From Octopus sinensis (Eukaryota): a DNA stretch of 64,000 bases. A program made the position numbers and the translations under genes. The notes below the pieces were generated by a model that saw nothing but the letters and a program-made list of their open reading frames with translations, was not told the origin of the DNA and ran no database searches. Below, piece after piece: positions 51,287 through 63,972 of this stretch. The stretch spans positions 12,586,001 through 12,650,000 of the forward strand of contig NC_043004.1 of assembly GCF_006345805.1 (NCBI RefSeq), read 5' to 3'. Every line of letters starts with the position of its first letter. Position 1 is the stretch's first letter.

Positions 51287-52364
51287 TTGTGTACATGTGA
51301 ATGTTTGTGTGGGGGTAGATGGTGGGGGTAGATGGGTGCAGGTGTACACTATGATGTACCTCAGAATACACTTATAACTTTCAACCCGTAGAGAGTGTTA
51401 TAAATTAATCCGAAATAAGTAGACAGGAGAATCCTGAACGAACATAATTTTATACAATTTCAACGGAGAGGGAAACGAATGGCTCAGCTGAAACGGCTTC
51501 AGTCCACCTTGGGATCTTGTAAGCAACTTCTGTAATGATAATGTGTGTATTGTAAAACATTATTCCGTCAGAGATTATAATATAAATAAAGCATTATTCA
51601 ATGATTGTAACGAGCAGCGCCATGTATGCAAATCGGTTTATCCGACTTAGTAAAGTCCTCACTGATATTGTTATACAATATCACTGTCTAGTGTAAGGAT
51701 TCATTTAGGAAAGTTTATTTGAGGTCTAAAATGGTCCATCTGATATCACTTTTTCTGTTCACGGTGAGGTTGCATAATTAATTAGTGTATTTAATTAATG
51801 TTACGTGGGTTGGAATTTATCGGTTTTACAGCGAAGATCATAGCATTAAATCTGAACAGCTACGAAACCTTAGATAACACACACACACCCCACTACCAGC
51901 ACCAGCACCACTACCACCACCACCATCACCACCACCACCACCACCACCACCACCACCACCACCACTACCACTACCAGGATAGCACACAAACGCAAACACA
52001 TGCGCACACGGACTTGTATATCGAATACCCACCAATTCAAATGTTGAGTGCATTAAATACGGATGTTTGAAGTAGTTACGTTAAACAATCTCTAACGTAA
52101 TGGTATCCTCATCTGTCGACATTTCAAAATATAAATATTTGTAGAACATTTCCACCTCATGCAGTAGCTGTCCGGCATTGCGGGATTCATATTTATAACA
52201 GTCTGGCCTGTCCCTACTCGATAATATTGTTATGGTTATCGCAACAGGGATATGGGACTGGAATGTTAAACTGAACATGACTCGACAACTCTAGGTAAAG
52301 TTTATTGCAGCAGAGTATACCACTTAATAGGGAGATAAATACATACATACGCAAACATACTCAG

Positions 52365-52399
<35 letters not shown>

Positions 52400-52587
52400 T
52401 ATATATATTAACATAATTATATTAAGCCGCTCCGAACTTAATGAAATCATACATATTTAGTCCTTAATGCATTCAACTATCGTGTATATATATTTGTCTA
52501 CAAATTTGTTGATATATTTATGGATACATAACGTACATACATACATACCTACATGCATACACACGTACGTACATGCGCGTGCGTAAG

Positions 52588-52618
<31 letters not shown>

Positions 52619-52710
52619 GAAGAGAGAGGTTTTTGACGCGTTAGCAATGGCCATTTGTTATTCTCTAACGTACTACAGAATAAAATAGGCGTGTGAATGT
52701 GCGTATGTGT

Positions 52711-52752
<42 letters not shown>

Positions 52753-53104
52753 GAGAGAGACAGAGAGACAGGGAGAGGGAGAGAGAGAGTGTGTGTGTGT
52801 GTGTATCTGCCTGCGTGCGTGTTCGTGGGTATGTTTTTGTATTGGGGTAATGTTTCTTTGAAGCCTTGTGAAATAGAGTTAACAATAGAGTTAAAATACT
52901 ACAAAGTGTATTAGAAACAGAATGGAAACAAAACTGTTTTGATATTTCGGCAATAAACAATCCTAATCACGATAATGATTGCAGTTTTGATCTCTTATCG
53001 ATAAAATGGTTGGAATTAAAAGTACCAGTTTAAGGACTGAGTCGATTTCATTGGGTATACCGTCCCGCAATATTATTGCAGACGATGGATGAATGAAAGC
53101 ACTC

Positions 53105-53478
53105 CGTCGGTTACGACGATGAGGGTTCCGGTTGATCCGAATCAACGGAACAGCCTGCACGTGAAATTAACGTGTAAGTGGCTGAGCACTCCACAGACAC
53201 GTGTACCCTTAACGTAGTTCTCGGGGATATTCAGCGTGACACAGAGAGTGACAAGGCCGGCCCTTTGAAATACAGGTACAACAGAAACAGAAGTAAGAGT
53301 GAGAGAAAGTTTGTGGTGAAAGAGTACAGCAGGGATCACCACCATCCCCTGCCGGAGCCTCGTGGAGCTTTAGGTGTTTTCGCTCAATAAACACTCACAA
53401 CGCCCGGTCTGGGAATCGAAACCGCGATCCTACGACCGCGAGTCCGCTACCCTAACCACTGGGCTATTGCACCTCCAC
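53105..53478 (-). mobile_element. SINE-B, full length, well conserved
   Basis: Minus strand GGAGGTGCAATAGCCCAGTGGTTAGGGTAGCGGACTCGCGGTCGTAGGATCGCGGTTTCGATTCCCAG through CGTAACCGACGGAGTGC. Confidence 0.92.
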
Positions 53479-53712
53479 AATTGCAGACGATAGCAACTGG
53501 CAAAAAGACATCGTGGGCAGTGTGTTATCGTGTTGACCTGAATGTTCGTAACAACATCACAAACAACTAAGCAGAGACAGCCATGGGGATAATGAAGGAT
53601 CAGACCCACGAAAGGACAAAGGCTTATAATGAAATCCAGCTGGTCGACTTCATCGTCACAAGACTGGAGATATATCACGAATGGCGGTTTGCGAATTATT
53701 TTTTTTTAAGAA

Positions 53713-54125
53713 ATAGGCGCAGGAGTGGCTGTGCGGTAAGTAGCATGCTTACCAACCACATGGTTCCGGGTTCAGTCCAACTTCGTGGCACCGTGGGTAA
53801 GTGTCTTCTACTATAGCCTCGGGCCGACCAAAGCCTTGTGAGTGTATTTGGTAGGCGGAAACTGAAAGAAGCCCGTCGTATATATGTATATATGTATGTG
53901 TGTGTGTGTCTATGTGTGTATATGTTTGTGTGTCTGAATTTGTCCCTCAACATCAATTGACAACCGATGCTGGTGTGTTTGTGTCCCCGTAACTTTCGCC
54001 AAAAGAGACCGATAGAATAAGTACTAGGCTTACAAAGAATAAGTCCTGGGGTCCATTTGCTCGACTAAAGGCGGTGCTCCAGCATGGCCGCAGTCAAACG
54101 ACTGAAACAAGTAAAAAAAAGAGTA
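53713..54125 (+). mobile_element. SINE-A, full length, well conserved
   Basis: ATAGGCGCAGGAGTGGCTGTGCGGTAAGTAGC head to GACTGAAACAAGTAAAA tail. Confidence 0.92.
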
Positions 54126-54648
54126 AAACTAGACGAAAATCTTTAGTCAGTATGAAGACAATAGACATGCAACCAACTGCAGCATCCAGGAGAAAGATGG
54201 CTGGTGCTGGCAGACCGTCGAAGGGTGGTTTGAAAAGTGTGTGAAAGGAAAGGTGCCGTTCAGCTCTCAGATTATGCCTTGACGCAAAGCCCACCGTAAC
54301 ATTCATGAATGTGTTAAAAACAACCAATCTCTTGGTTAGACACACTCTATAAAATAAACTCAAGATGAAAACGGTGTTGTAAGTCGACCGAACGCCAAGT
54401 CATTCTTGATTTTAGAAGGAGACAAGTAATTAGATAGATTTGCAGCTATACCTTAATTTATATTTTAATTTATACTTAAATAGGCGTAGGAGAGGCTGTG
54501 TGGTAAGTAGGTTGCTTACGAACCACATGGTCCTGGGTTCAGTCCTACTGCGTGGCACATTGGGCAAGTGTCTTCTACTATAGCCTCGGGACGACTAAAA
54601 CCTTGAGAGTGGATTTGGTAGACGGAAACTGAAAGACAGTGGTATATA

Positions 54649-54694
<46 letters not shown>

Positions 54695-54744
54695 ATATAA
54701 TATATATAATAATATAATATATTATATATTATATATTAATATAT

Positions 54745-54960
54745 AATTTTAATCCAAACGGGAAACAAAAAAACAACAACAATGGAACAATTACAGTATT
54801 ATTATTAATAGGCGCTCACTCACGAATGGAAGCAGGGAGTATGACGTTTCGAGCGGAGCTCTTCGTCGGAAACATAAAGAAGGAAGAGAGAGGAAAGAAA
54901 GATCCACAGCGGGCAACAGGGATAGAGAAAAAAAAAAACGACTGGTGTTTACGAGTTACA
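54745..54960 (-). mobile_element. Penelope-like short element with minimal hammerhead motif, nested in the SINE's (TA)n
   Basis: Minus strand TTTCCGACGAAGAGCTCCGCTCGAAACGTC. Confidence 0.7.
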
Positions 54961-55599
54961 CATGGTGAAAGGCGGAAGTTTACGATAACAAGAGCAAAGT
55001 AGGTTTTTTAAAGGCAAAAGAGTGGAGACAAGGTTGGTAACGCAACAGATGTGTGTGTATGTGTGAGTGTGTGCGTGTGCGTGTGTGTAATGTGTGTGTG
55101 TGAGGCGAGATAAAAAACAAAAAATATATGTATGTGTTAGTTTGTGCGTCTGTGTGTAGGCGTGTGAGGTAGGGCGAGACGGTGGTCAGCATAGCAGACA
55201 AAGGTCAGTAGTAAGAAAAAGAAGGAAGGAGGAAGGGAGGGAGGGGAAGGGGTGGGGGCGTATGTAGCGTGCCAGCGTGTGTTGAGTAGTATTGTGTGTG
55301 TGTGTCAGTGTCGTGGTAGTATTAATGGCGAGTAGATTGAATGTGTGTAAGAGTAATGTATATATTTAAGCAATGTGTGTATATGTGTGCGCGTGTGTGT
55401 AACGAAAAAGGGGGGGTAAGGAAAAAGGACTCCAGCTGAGGGGAAGATGGAAGAGTGGTCCCGCGGAGACGGGCGTGGGAAAACCCAACGACAAGCGACG
55501 GTCCCAGGAACGGGCGGGAGGTCTCGTCGGGTCCAAGAGCGAGGTGCATGCGGCGCCTATGCGTGCGCGAACCGGCGCAAGCGCGTGTGTGCGCGCGCC

Positions 55600-56810
55600 T
55601 GCGAGTATGCGCGTAAGTATGTATGTGGATGTGTGAGTGTGTCTGTGTGTATGTCAGGGTGGCAGTGTGTCCGATGAATGTATGTGAGTATGTGTGTATA
55701 TATGTGTGTGCATAGATGTATGTCCGTGTGTGTGTGTGTATGTGTATGAGTGTGTATGTATGTACGTGTGGGTGTGGGGAAGTGTGTGTATGTGCATGTG
55801 TGTGCGCGTACATACAGGTGTGTGAGTGAGTGTGTGTGTGTGTATGTATGTGTGAGTGTGTATGTATGTGTGTGTAGGATGCATGTATGTGTATGGGTGT
55901 ATGTATGCGTGTGTTGTATGTATGTATGTGACGTGCGTGTGTGTGTGTGTATGCGTGTAGGTGTGCGCGTGTGCATGCATGCATGTGCGTATGTGTGTGT
56001 GTGTGCATGTGTGTGGGTATATATGTATGTGCGTATGTGTGTGTATGTGCGTACATGTGTGTGTGTATGCATGTTGTGTATGTAGGTGTGTAGGCGTGTG
56101 TGTATAGGTGTATGTATGTAAGTATGTATGGGTGTGTCCGTGTATGTGTGTTATGTATGTGTGTGTATGTAGGTGTGTGGGCGTGTGTATATGCGTGTGT
56201 ATGTAGGTGTGTTGGCGTGTGTATATAGGTGTATGTATGTATGTCTGGGTGTGTCCGTGCATGTTTTGTGTGTGTGTGTGTATGCATGTGTATGTAGGTG
56301 TGTGGTGTACGTGTGTAATGTATGTGTGTATGCGTGCGTGTGTGTATGTAGGTGCGTGTGTATGTGTGTGGGAGTGTAGGTGTGTGTGTGCGTGTGCGTG
56401 TTTATGTTGGTGTGTGCGTATGTGAGTGTGAGTGTATGGGTGTTTGTCATGCATGTGTGTGCGCGTGCAGGTGAGTGTGTGTGTAAGTATGTGTGTGTGT
56501 ATGTTTGTGTGAGTGTGTATGTGTGTATGTCTGTGTGTATGTATGTGCGTATAGGAGTATGTAGGTATGTGTGTGTGTATGTGTATGGGTGTATGTATGT
56601 ATGTGTGTGTGTGTGCATGTGTATAAGTATATGTGTGTGTGCGTATGTGTGTGTATGTGTATGTGTGTGTGTTTATGTATGTGTGTATGTATGTGTGTAG
56701 GCGTGTGTGTGTAGATGTATGTATGCATGGGTGTGTGTCTGTGTGTGTTTGTGTGTGTGTGTAGGTAGATGTATATATATTGATATGTATGTATGTGTTT
56801 GTGCGTCTAT
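55600..56810. repeat. Degenerate (TG)/(TATG)/(TGCG) microsatellite, ~1.2 kb
   Basis: Direct reading; source of the 321- and 390-aa HT-repeat ORFs. Confidence 0.97.
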
Positions 56811-57012
56811 TTTTATCCCCCCCCACAACCGATGCTGGTGTGTTTACGTCCTCGTAAATTACCGGTTCGGCTATGAGACCGATAGAATAAGTACTAGGCT
56901 TACAAAGAATAAGTTCTAGGGTCGATTTGCTCGACTAAAAAGGCGGTGCTCCAGCATGGCCACAGTCACATGACTGAAACAAGTAAAAGACTAAAAGACT
57001 AAAAAAAAAAGA

Positions 57013-57335
57013 CTATACCTATTTTCGGGCTTTATTAGGGCCCCGTATAGTAAAGGTATGGATGGGGAAAATGTGGGCAGAAGGTGATCTGCTAGTAACC
57101 CTCTCCCCTTACTGTTTTACAAAGTTAACAACACAAATAAGTACACAGAGGCAGCCATGGCTGGAACAAGAACGAGAATAATAAGCATTATTAAAAGTGA
57201 AAAGAAGCATCGTCGTTCCTTATGCAAGTGACCTCATCTTATCGCCTATCACATGTTATGCACTCATAAATTAGTTTGATAGATTAGCACTGATTGGTTG
57301 TATGCAAATGAGTTCATAACTGAGATCCGGAACAC
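57013..57335 (-). mobile_element. Right part of a MITE homologous to 63459-63972 (left part ~54300-54453), split by the SINE insertion
   Basis: 57013-57335 matches the reverse complement of 63465-63790; 54345-54453 matches the reverse complement of 63780-63890. Confidence 0.85.
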
Positions 57336-57399
57336 TTATTCGCTTATCCTCTTATATGTATGAGTCCAATGACTATGGCCATGTTGGAACACTGGAACA

Positions 57400-57752
57400 T
57401 TTTAATCATCTTTCCACTTTCCACCTTTGTCGGAGCGGCTTCTGTGAAGAATGGAGTTCGATGCTACTTTCCTCTTTGGAGTTTCTTGCTTAGATATTGG
57501 CTCATCCGGGATCTCAGCGAGCCAGAGATCAAGTTCACGTTTGAAAACGTCTACATCCACTCCATGGAGGCTCCTCAGATGCTTCGGCAGACAGTTAAAC
57601 AGTTGTGGGCCCTTGAAACCCAAGCTATTGCAGTACATCGTCATTGCCCGAGATGAAGCAGTCGGCACAATGGGGACAGCACAGTGACGTCCTGTTCGTG
57701 GTCTGGTATAGCTCTTTATTCCAAAGTTTGGTACCAGTCCTTCCAGTATCTT

Positions 57753-57799
<47 letters not shown>

Positions 57800-58200
57800 T
57801 GCATATTCTCCTGCCTTTGTTCCAGAGAATAGAGTCTTTCAACCTGTCCCAGTAACTCAATCGTTCCATTGAAGCAACTTTCTTTGTGTAATGTCGTTGG
57901 ACTGCTTCAAGCTCTGCTATCGTCCTTGTAGTATAAGGCGACCATAGATGAGAGCAGTAGCCCAGGCGGCTGAGGATAAATGACTTCAATAGTGTCATCG
58001 TAGTTTCTTGGTTCCTTGTCCGGAAGGTTCTCAGAATTCAACCAGCCTGTCTTCTGGATATTGCTACCATTTTGTTGATATGTGTTTGAAATGAGGCATT
58101 GATGCTCATTTCTGTTCCAAGATCACGCACCGTATTTGATTCTGGGATCGTTGCTCCACTTGCTCCAACGTACTGATGTCGTGATTCCTGAGCAGTGCTT
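57400..58200 (-). pseudogene. 3' part of a CR1-group (CR1/L2-like) LINE RT ORF, with a (TA)n expansion at ~57755-57797
   Basis: VRDLGTEMS..FQTHINKMVAISRRQAG*ILRTFRTR..LLKSFILSRLGYCSHLWSPY..LEAVQRHYTK..IWKILEGLVPN..FKGPQLFNCLPKHLR..FKRELDLWLAEIPDEP. Confidence 0.9.
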
Positions 58201-58674
58201 AACTGGTAGCGTTAGAAAAAAAAAATTCACGCCTTGGAAGCCTCCTAAGAGTACGAAATGCTCACGTACGGAATATACCCCTGATAAAGATCGGCTTGAT
58301 GAAGGACGAATGGAAGCTAACAGAACAACAGTAGCAATGGCGGCGGCGACGGACGCGAAAACAGTTTCGAAAACAACGGCACTAACTTTGGCTTTGCCAG
58401 TTAAGCATCGGTCAAGAACTGATATTTATTCATGAATAACAATCACCTACACCCACCCATTTCTCGTACCGACTCGCTGGCGCGTGGTCCTGTGCAAACG
58501 TTTAGAAATGATTATTGAATTTCTCAGGGTTAGGATCTCGACGGCTCAAAAGAAGTCACCCGTTAACTCCAACTCCCTCTACGAGTTACCTTCCCAGTAA
58601 ATCTAAAATGCGTCTCATATTACCCATCGACCACACCACCTCCCAGTGAAGGGGCTAGGCTCAAGCTGATTTTG

Positions 58675-58817
58675 TATACTACTACTACTACTACTACTAC
58701 TATTACTACTGCTGCTACGACGACGACGATGACTACTACGACAATGACGACGACTAGTGTTGCTGCCCCTGCCACTGCTGCTTTTTACTATTACAGCTGT
58801 TACTATCACCGTCACCG

Positions 58818-58884
<67 letters not shown>

Positions 58885-58943
58885 AACAAGTAGCCGCAGT
58901 AATAGCAGTAGTACTGCTAGTAATGGTAGTAGTAGTTGTAGAG

Positions 58944-58995
<52 letters not shown>

Positions 58996-59040
58996 CAGCA
59001 GCAGCAGTAGCAGTAGTAGTAGTAGTAGTAGTAGTAAGTC
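58675..59040. repeat. (TAC)n / (TAG)n trinucleotide arrays (a further (TAC)n at 59263-59358)
   Basis: Direct reading. Confidence 0.97.
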
Positions 59041-59263
59041 ACCCAGAATACACCACCACCACCTGGTGCTTTCAACTGCCTTCATCAGAGTGTTTTGCAA
59101 GCATTTAGGAAAGTGGGCATGGTCAGCAGTCTGACGATACCGTCCCCCAATCTCTCGCTTCTAACATTTCTGATGACCCTGAGAAGAAACAGGAACACTA
59201 CTTTCCTTTCCTAAGTAATATTATAAATTAATACATAAATAAAAGCTTCTGCTGCTGCTGCTG

Positions 59264-59343
<80 letters not shown>

Positions 59344-59589
59344 ATACTACTACTACTCACGCGGCAGGGGTAAAAAAGGATAAAGGTATAGTCAAACAAT
59401 ACGATATTACAGTTCGGGCAATCCAACGCCTTAGATTTGTGCGTCTTTATTGACCCCGAGAAGAATGAAGTGCAATGTTAACCTCAGCGGGATTTGATCT
59501 CGTAGAGCAGAGAGTAAATATATAACTCAATAAATAAATAAATAAATAATTATATATATATATGTAAACACGCACACACATATACATAT

Positions 59590-59830
59590 GTTTGTGTGTG
59601 TATATGTTTCTTTGTCTGTGTTTGCCCCCGCCCCCCAACATCGCTTGACAATCGATGCTGGTGTATTTACGCCCCCGTAACTTAGCGGTTCGACAAAAGA
59701 CCGATAGAATAGGTACTAGGCTTACAAAGAATAAGTCCTGGGGTCCATTTGCTCGACTAAAGGTGGTGCTCCAGCATGGCTACAGTCAAATGACTGAAAC
59801 AAGTAAAAGAGTAAAAGAGAGTAAAGAGTA
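59590..59830 (+). mobile_element. SINE-A 3' half
   Basis: CCCCAACATCGCTTGACAATCGATGCTGGTG...GACTGAAACAAGTAAAAGAGT. Confidence 0.88.
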
Positions 59831-59844
59831 TTTATATATATAGT

Positions 59845-60035
59845 CAATCCAAACAAAAACAAGCAAGAAAAAACAACAACGCGAGGACGTGGAATAAGTT
59901 CTGTGTTATTGGAGGCTCAGGAAAGGAAAGAAAAGAAAGGATTTCACGTTCCGAGCGGAGCTCAACATCAGAAATATAGATAAAGTCTAAAAAGGGAAGA
60001 CGAGGAAATAAAATCGCCAACGATACACACGCGGT
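59845..60035 (-). mobile_element. Diverged copy of the Penelope-like hammerhead element
   Basis: Minus strand TTTCTGATGTTGAGCTCCGCTCGGAACGTG...TTCCACGTCCTCGCGTTG...GTTTGGATTGACTATATA. Confidence 0.7.
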
Positions 60036-60107
60036 CCTGCCCGGACGTTCAAAGAAAATATTCTTCCAGTGTTCACTATTTTCCACACATGTATGTGTAT
60101 GTTTGTA

Positions 60108-61401
60108 TCTCTCACTGTTATATATTTATTTTTCCACTGTTTTTATATTATTTTTTACTGTTTATATGTTTGTACTGTCGTTACCTTACCGTCTTGCTTT
60201 TTTTTTTACCCCTGCGAAAAGATCTCAGAATTTTAATTGATTTGCTTTTCGCGGGAAGGAATTTTTCTTCGAAGTATACGTCTCGCTTTTATCCTTCGAA
60301 ACGTTTAGTAGATGAAATCTTAGCGACTGAAGAAGGGGATTTTTCGTTGTGCTTATTGTCCTGTATCTCTCCCTTTTTTTTTTGCTTGTCTTGTTCCTTG
60401 GTTTGTGTCTATGTGTTTCGTCTCTCTATGTGTTCGACGTCTTTTTGGTGTCCTGTACACATATATGCGTGTATATGTACATGTAGAGGTAGGTACGTAC
60501 ATATATGTTTATATATATGCATATATTCTATTTTATTAACATATTATACGATTAAACGCACGCACCCTACTAAGTAAGATTGTTCTGTTTATCAAGTTAG
60601 CCTTGATATTAACTCTCACGCGACTCTGCATCTTTCTTTCTTTCTCTCCCATTCCCTTTTTCGTCTTTTTTTCCCTCACTTAACTTGTCTCTTCCTCTCT
60701 CTCTCACTCTTCATTCTCTCTCTCCCTTTCACCATTCTTCATGGTCTCCTCGCACCATTCCCCTTCTTCTCTCTCTTCCTCTTGCTCCTCCTCCCCCATT
60801 CCCGTCATCCATCTGCGACGATACTTCCGTCGTAACTGCTTCCTGTCCTTGCAAGGCTTCTGGTTGACAAAATTTCCCTCTCTGTCTTCCACTATAATCC
60901 AGCGTTTACAATACTTTTTTTCGTTGGCGTTAACGTTAACAGCCCTTCTATCTTGTTCTCCTTGTCTTGTCTCTCACTGTTATATATTTATTTTTCCACT
61001 GTTTTTATATATATTTTTTACTGTTTATATGTTTGTACTGTCGTTACCGTCTTGCTTTTTTTTTTTTTACCCCTCTGCGAAAAGATCTCAGAATTTTAAT
61101 TGATTTGCTTTTCGCGGGAAGGAATTTTTCTTCGAAGTATACGTCTCGCTTTTATCCTTCGAAACGTTTAGTAGATGAAATCTTAGCGACTGAAGAAGGG
61201 GATTTTTCGTTGTGCTTATTGTCCTGTATCTCTCCCTTTTTTTTGCTTGTCTTGTTCCTTGGTTTGTGTCTATGTGTTTCGTCTCTCTATGTGTTCGACG
61301 TCTTTTTGTGTCCTGTACACATATATGCGTGTATATGTACATGTAGAGGTAGGTACGTACATATGTTTATATTATGCATATATTCTATTTTATTAACATA
61401 T

Positions 61402-61405
<4 letters not shown>
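60108..61405. repeat. ~440-bp direct duplication (60108-60548 and 60970-61405) with ~420-bp spacer
   Basis: Near-identical TCTCTCACTGTTATAT...TTATTAACATATTATA. Confidence 0.93.
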
Positions 61406-61435
<30 letters not shown>

Positions 61436-61466
61436 ATTATATTATAAAAGTTAATCCAAACAAGAA

Positions 61467-61497
<31 letters not shown>

Positions 61498-61662
61498 TAT
61501 GTATACATATGAATAAATATATATGTATATATATGTATATATATTTGTATATACATATGAATAATATATATTTTATGTGTGTATATATATACACGCACAC
61601 ATATATATATATTATACATACATGCACACACACGCACGCACGCACACACACACACACACGCG

Positions 61663-61693
<31 letters not shown>

Positions 61694-62169
61694 TTTTTAT
61701 GTCTCACATTTCGAAGATCGATTCCGGCTCTTTTCCGTATGTACTTTAACATTTTCATCTTTATTTTATGTTTTTTAGGGGACAGACTTGTTTATTTATT
61801 TATTTATTTAGATTGTTTGTTTACATATTTACTTGTTGCAACAAAAAGGACGTGTCACAAGCTTTAGATCAGGTTTCGATATAGCACGAGACGAAAGGAA
61901 CTTGAGACATCACCGGATCCTATCTTCTTTTCAGCCAAGCGACTGTACCACGTCCTCTTGGCGACATCAAACTGTGAGATTAGAGGTACTTAGGTGTGAT
62001 GTTGGTGTTGTTGCTATCGTTTTGGGAGGGTGTTACTTTTATTGTTGTTGTTGTCTTTGTTTTTTATGTAATTATTGTTTTAATCTTAGTCTTGCATGTT
62101 CTAATGTTTTTTGTGTGTGTTTTTCCTGATATTTCAAGGATTGTTTTCATTGTTGTTATTATTATTACT

Positions 62170-62790
62170 ACCAAGGCAGCGATCTAGCAGGAATCGTTAA
62201 TACGTTGGGCAAAAAATGCTTAGCGGCATTTCGTCCGACTCTACGTTTCGCCGCTGAGATCGACTTCGCCTTTTATCCTTTCGGGGTCGATAAATTAAGT
62301 ACAAGTTAAACACAAGTGTTGATTTATTAGACTTTCACACTAACCCAAAATTGCTGGTCTTGTGCTAAAATTAGAAATTATTACTACGTAGACGGTGAGC
62401 TGACTGAATCGTTAGGACTCCAGGCAAAATCCTGAGCTCAAATTCCGCCGAGACCGACTTTGCATTTATTCCTTCGGGGTCGATAAACTAAGTACCATTT
62501 GAACACTGAAGTCGATGTAATCGATTTAACCCCTCCACCGAAATTACTGGCCTTGTACAACATTATGAAACTATTATTACTAAGGCAATGAGCTGGCTGG
62601 ATCGTTAACACTCCGGGCAAAATGCTTAGCGGCATTTCGTTTGTATTTACGTTCCGAGATCAAATCTCGCCAGAAGCGACTCTGCATTTAATTCTTTCGA
62701 GGTCGATAAAACAAGTACCAGTTGAGCACTGGGATCGATGTAATCGGCTAATCAACGCCCACAAAATTGTTGGCCTTGTGGCAAAATTTG
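62170..62790 (+). mobile_element. Three head-to-tail Nin-domain SINEs
   Basis: Units begin ~62175, ~62390 and ~62582, each ending ...CCTTGT(G)C..AAAATT.GAAA. Confidence 0.88.
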
Positions 62791-63039
62791 AAATCCATAT
62801 TAGTTGATAGGCGCGCTGGTGTTTTCCTTACTATCACTGTTTCAACCATTGCAGTTATTGATAAAGCAAACCTTTCCTTTTTTTATCAGAACATGAAAAC
62901 AGAACTATAAAACATACTAAAGAAGAAATGGAGGGGGAAATCACTCCATGATCAATAACTTGTAAGGCTTGATAGGGAAGAAAAGAGCCTAAGTAAAAGC
63001 TAACAATGGCCCAAAAGCTCTGGTTATTTTAAAATTTCT

Positions 63040-63340
63040 CTATCTTGGTATGACTGTTAGAAAGCTCTGGTCTTATGCGGCATTGATGAAACTTTCTGTT
63101 TCTAGTTTAAGGCCAGGGATTTGTGTGTCTTGTGATGGTCAGCGTAGACGTCTTTTATTCCTTTCACGCATTTTCCGTGCATTGCCCCTTCCTCCCATTT
63201 TGCCCCTGATTTTTAACTGACATAATTGGTGAGTTTCCCAAGTTCAGAAGGTGGTAATTCAAGAATCTCCAGTTATTCGTTGAACATTTCAGCTTCCTTT
63301 GTTATGGAGTAGTCGTTTTTCCTCTTTCATGATCTTTCAC
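63040..63340 (-). pseudogene. R4-clade non-LTR ORF fragment
   Basis: Minus strand KWEEGAMHGK..LKLETESFINAA*DQS resembles the R4 motifs W..K.MHG and LK.ETE..I.AAQDQ. Confidence 0.7.
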
Positions 63341-63458
63341 TATTTGCAGGAGAGAGCATTCTGTTCTCTCAAAATATTTGTCCAGCCTATAGTGGTGGGT
63401 TTGTTTATTTTATCTTAGTTGTAGCTGAACAATGCCTCAGCCGCGAAATTTTCTCCAA

Positions 63459-63972
63459 CGAGAGTTCCGGATCCCCGTTAAGAACTCATTTGCATATAGC
63501 CAATCAGTGCTCAACTATCAATCTAATTTATGAGCGCATAACAAGTGATGGGTAATAGGACAAGGTCACTTGGGTAAGGAATGACCATGATTATTTATTC
63601 TTTTAATAATGCTTCTTGATCTTGTTCTTGTTTCAACCATGGCTGCCTCTGCGTATTCATTTGTGTTGTTGCTTACTTTGTAGAACAGTAAGGGGAGAGG
63701 GTTGCTAGCACATCAACCTCTACCCACATTTTCCCCATCCATATTTATACCATATGGGGCCCTAACAAAATCCGATAATAGGTATAGATGCAAATCTATC
63801 TAATTACTTGTCTCCTTCTAAAATCAGGCATAATTTGGTGATCGGTTGACTTACAAAACCGTTCTTCATCTTGAGTTTACTTGCTAGAGTATGTTTGTTA
63901 AAATGACAAGGTCAAGATGAGCTCTGATTGGCGGTATACAAATGAGTTCATTACTGGGGTCTGGAACTCTCG
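63459..63972. mobile_element. ~510-bp MITE with ~50-bp imperfect TIRs, superfamily unassigned
   Basis: CGAGAGTTCCGGATCCCC..AACTCATTTGCATATAGCCAATCAG vs CTGATTGGCGGTATACAAATGAGTTC..GGAACTCTCG. Confidence 0.85.

Larger units (their letters stand above)
54454..57012 (+). mobile_element. Single SINE-A insertion swollen to 2.56 kb by internal microsatellite expansion and nested inserts
   Basis: Head at 54480-54640, tail at 56815-57010, 8-bp TSD CTATACCT at 54446-54453 and 57013-57020. Confidence 0.75.

Noticed and set aside
54141-54252. Exon-like QYEDNRHATNCSIQEKDGWCWQTVEGWFEKCVKGK
   Set aside because: Protein-like but weak acceptor, sandwiched between repeats, another frame equally open, no family recognised
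55322-56826. 321-aa and 390-aa His/Thr-rich ORFs
   Set aside because: Reverse reading of degenerate (TG)n, which lacks stops by composition; lies inside a SINE
59060-59200. Possible second CR1 3'-end remnant (FNCL...SNISDDP)
   Set aside because: Similarity too weak and short to call as a feature
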